In this document: positions 61,552-64,000 of the stretch, piece by piece
Numbering within the stretch: position 1 is the stretch's first letter
Layout of the letters: every line of letters begins with the position of its first letter
DNA from: an uncultured Acidobacteriota bacterium
Lineage (GTDB): Bacteria > Acidobacteriota > Thermoanaerobaculia > Multivoradales > JAHEKO01
Reading direction: 5' to 3'
Assembly: GCA_963713825.1 (NCBI GenBank)
Contig: CAVQNG010000003.1
Location: forward strand, 960,001-1,024,000
DNA: 64,000 nucleotides
Notes under the pieces: model-generated
What the model was told of the DNA's origin: nothing
The model's database searches: none
Seen by the model: the letters and a program-made list of their open reading frames with translations, nothing else
Made by a program: the position numbers and the translations under genes

Positions 61552-61911
61552 ATGGACTACTCAGAGATCAAGACCAAGCTACTCGACAAACAGCGTGAGC
61601 TTTCCAATCGACTGAAAGCGACCCAAGCGACGGAGGGGCACGAGGTCAGGGACGGCCTGGACTCCAACGCTCAGCTGTGGGAGGTCCCAGAGGTCCGGGA
61701 CGGCCTGGACAACGAGGGCGCTACAGAGCTGAACCAGGTCAACGACGCGCTGGCCCGCCTCGATGCGGGGGAGTACGGTAACTGCAAGTCGTGCGGCAAC
61801 CCGATCGGCGAGATCCGGCTGGAAGCCATGCCCTTCGCCACGCTGTGCATCGACTGCGCCGAGGGTGAGGAAGAGTTGAACAAGGAGGCACTGGATCCCG
61901 ATGAGTATTGA
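61552..61911 (+). CDS. TraR/DksA C4 zinc-finger protein
   Basis: ALARLDAGEYGNCKSCG..RLEAMP..LCIDC; GAGGAG RBS. Confidence 0.9.
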   Translation: MDYSEIKTKLLDKQRELSNRLKATQATEGHEVRDGLDSNAQLWEVPEVRDGLDNEGATELNQVNDALARLDAGEYGNCKSCGNPIGEIRLEAMPFATLCIDCAEGEEELNKEALDPDEY

Positions 61912-61986
61912 TGCCAAGCACGAAGTGGTAGCGATTTTGGACTTTCTCAAGCGGGCCGGGGTGACACCGGAATCTGAGGTGTAGCC

Positions 61987-62700
61987 GTGGAGACGACCCT
62001 GTTCTATGTTATCGCCGGGTTGGTCTTTCTGTTCTCTCTCGGAGTCCGCCAGCATCTGAAGTCGACGTACAGTCGCTGGAGTCAGGTTCGCAGCGCAACC
62101 GGGAAACCGGGCGGTCAGGTGGCCCGGATCATCCTCGACTCCAATCGGCTCCAGGCCGTGCCGGTCGAGCCCGTTCAGGGCAAGCTCACCGACCACTACG
62201 ACCCTCGTCACAAGCTGCTGCGTCTTGCCAGGGAGAATTATGTCGGCAACAGCGTCGCCGCCACTGCGGTCTCGGCGCACGAGTGCGGCCACGCCTTGCA
62301 GGATGCTGACAACTATCGCCCGATGGAGTTTCGAACGGCCATGGTCCCAATCGCCAATCTCGGGTCCCGGTTCGGGATACCGCTGGCCATCTTTGGATCC
62401 ATGTATGGATCGACGGCGATGGTGCAGATCGGGACTCTGGCCTATGTCGGCGCGATCCTGCTCACGTTCTCGACCCTTCCGGTGGAGTTCAATGCGAGCA
62501 AGCGTGCGCTCAACCAACTCGACCGGCTCGATCTCATCTCACCCGATGGTCAGGAGGGCGCGGAGAAAGTGCTCAGGGCAGCCGCCATGACGTACGTGGC
62601 AGGTGTGGCGTCGTCGGCCTGGTACTTGGTGTATCTGGTGTTCGCTGGCGGGCGTTCGCTCCTGGGACGGCCCAAGCCACCGCCGGTGCCCCCGGCCTGA
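61987..62700 (+). CDS. YugP-like membrane zinc metallopeptidase
   Basis: LTDHYDP, AHECGHALQ, TLPVEFNAS.RA, AAAMTYVA. Confidence 0.92.
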   Translation: METTLFYVIAGLVFLFSLGVRQHLKSTYSRWSQVRSATGKPGGQVARIILDSNRLQAVPVEPVQGKLTDHYDPRHKLLRLARENYVGNSVAATAVSAHECGHALQDADNYRPMEFRTAMVPIANLGSRFGIPLAIFGSMYGSTAMVQIGTLAYVGAILLTFSTLPVEFNASKRALNQLDRLDLISPDGQEGAEKVLRAAAMTYVAGVASSAWYLVYLVFAGGRSLLGRPKPPPVPPA

Positions 62701-62734
62701 GGGGGAATTGCATCGAGACAAGAGGACGCCTCTC

Positions 62735-64000
62735 ATGGACAGTGACCAGAAGCTCAAGGCCCGGTTCTCGGTTCTCTACGTCGTCGGAGCCCTTCTCGCG
62801 GTGCTTCTCCTCCAGGAGTACGTGATCGGACCGATGGTGGCCGGCGAGGAAGAGGTTCCGTACAGCCAGTTTCGCCAGGATCTGGCGGACGGCACGATTG
62901 CCGAGGTGACGGTCGAGCCGGAACGGATTCTCTACACGGTCTCCCAGTCGGGCGACGCAACCGATGAGACAGCAACGGAGCGCAAAGTCGTCGGGATCGA
63001 GGACGACGATCTGGTCGAGGAGCTCGTCGACGCCGGAGTCGAGTTTCAGGCTCGAGCGCAGTCCAAGAGTCTTGTGGAGTCGCTGTTCGGGTGGATCCTG
63101 CCGGTTCTGCCGTTCGTGGTGATCTGGTGGTTCCTGATGAAACGGATGGGGAAGGGCGCCGGGGGCATGCTGTCGATCGGCAAGAGCAAGGCCACCGAGA
63201 TCTCCGGCGAGATGACCAACGTGACTTTCGCCGATGTCGGCGGTGCCGAGCAGGTCGAGGTCGAGCTCAGGGAGATCATCGAGTTCTTGAATCACCCGGA
63301 GCGCTTCGTCGCGGTGGGAGCGAAGCTGCCGAAGGGCATCCTGCTTGTGGGTCCGCCCGGCACTGGCAAGACGCTTCTTGCCAAGGCCACGGCCGGCGAG
63401 GCCGGTGTGCCCTTCTTCTCGATCAGTGGATCGGAGTTCGTCGAGATGTTCGTCGGGGTGGGTGCTTCGAGGGTGCGTGACCTCTTCGATCAGGCGAAGG
63501 CGAAAGCTCCGGACATCATCTTTATCGACGAGATCGACGCCATCGGGCAGTCCCGCTCGGGTGCTGTGGCCATGCGCTCCAACGACGAGCGCGAGCAGAC
63601 GCTGAACCAACTCCTGTACGAGATGGACGGTTTCGACTCCAACGAGGGCGTCGTCATCATGGCCGCTACCAATCGACCCGAGGTTTTGGACAAAGCCTTG
63701 CTGCGGGCCGGCCGGTTCGACTGGCAGATCGAGGTGCCGTTGCCGACCGAAAAGGGGCGACTCCAGATTCTCCAGATTCACGCCAAGAACGTGGCCATGG
63801 CTGCCGATGTGGATCTGGATCGGATGGCACAGATCACGGCCGGTTTCTCGGGCGCCGATCTCGCCAACCTGGTCAACGAAGCCGCGCTGCTGGCTGTGCG
63901 AAGAGGAGAGCAGACGGTCACCATGGCCGATTTCGATCTCGGGATCGAGCGGGTCGTTGCCGGTCTGCAGCGAGACATGCCCCTTGATGGGGAGATTCGA
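62735..64000 (+). CDS. ftsH: ATP-dependent zinc metalloprotease FtsH, 3' partial (absent from the ORF track because no stop lies in the window)
   Basis: Manual translation: 2 [53 protein letters not shown]. Confidence 0.95.
   Translation, partial: MDSDQKLKARFSVLYVVGALLAVLLLQEYVIGPMVAGEEEVPYSQFRQDLADGTIAEVTVEPERILYTVSQSGDATDETATERKVVGIEDDDLVEELVDAGVEFQARAQSKSLVESLFGWILPVLPFVVIWWFLMKRMGKGAGGMLSIGKSKATEISGEMTNVTFADVGGAEQVEVELREIIEFLNHPERFVAVGAKLPKGILLVGPPGTGKTLLAKATAGEAGVPFFSISGSEFVEMFVGVGASRVRDLFDQAKAKAPDIIFIDEIDAIGQSRSGAVAMRSNDEREQTLNQLLYEMDGFDSNEGVVIMAATNRPEVLDKALLRAGRFDWQIEVPLPTEKGRLQILQIHAKNVAMAADVDLDRMAQITAGFSGADLANLVNEAALLAVRRGEQTVTMADFDLGIERVVAGLQRDMPLDGEIR

Noticed and set aside
63700-63730. 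FtsH SRH variant RAGRFDW (usual RPGRFDR)
   Set aside because: Both arginine-finger residues are retained, and CGG→TGG is one base in error-prone sequence; not enough to claim inactivation.
62573-63781. 402-aa minus-strand ORF
   Set aside because: Antisense shadow of ftsH, which reads cleanly on the plus strand from 62735.

Overview
High-GC bacterial chromosomal window. The gene content (DUF4136, DUF2391, exported hydrolases, Trk/NhaA/Na-Pi transporters) suggests an environmental lineage such as Acidobacteriota, but this is inference only. It holds about 50 protein-coding genes: cls, a MarR-arsM-alkaline phosphatase operon, pfkA-menA-SSADH, glycerol kinase/GDPD, a GGDEF cyclase, trkAH, gdh-nhaA-Na/Pi, an RND tripartite pump, LOG-ppk2 and a partial ftsH. 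No rRNA, tRNA, CRISPR array or transposase was recognised. About 11 single-base frameshifts in ordinary genes point to long-read indel errors. The most notable region is 51-61 kb, with three unrelated small-gene + Pol-beta-type nucleotidyltransferase pairs (TA/Abi-like), two preceded by clear operator palindromes, one being a triple 21-bp-phased array. Between two of these pairs lies a DsbA/FrnE-like gene with an in-frame UGA at its active site (UPWC, probable selenocysteine, with a SECIS-like hairpin) that the ORF track truncates. Other points of interest are a secreted Shewanella-like phosphatase fused to a degenerate atypical kinase, a ~175-nt structured element in two inverted copies, a family of REP-like hairpins with 7/8-mer tandem repeats, a diverged tandem gene duplication at the window start, and two gene remnants.
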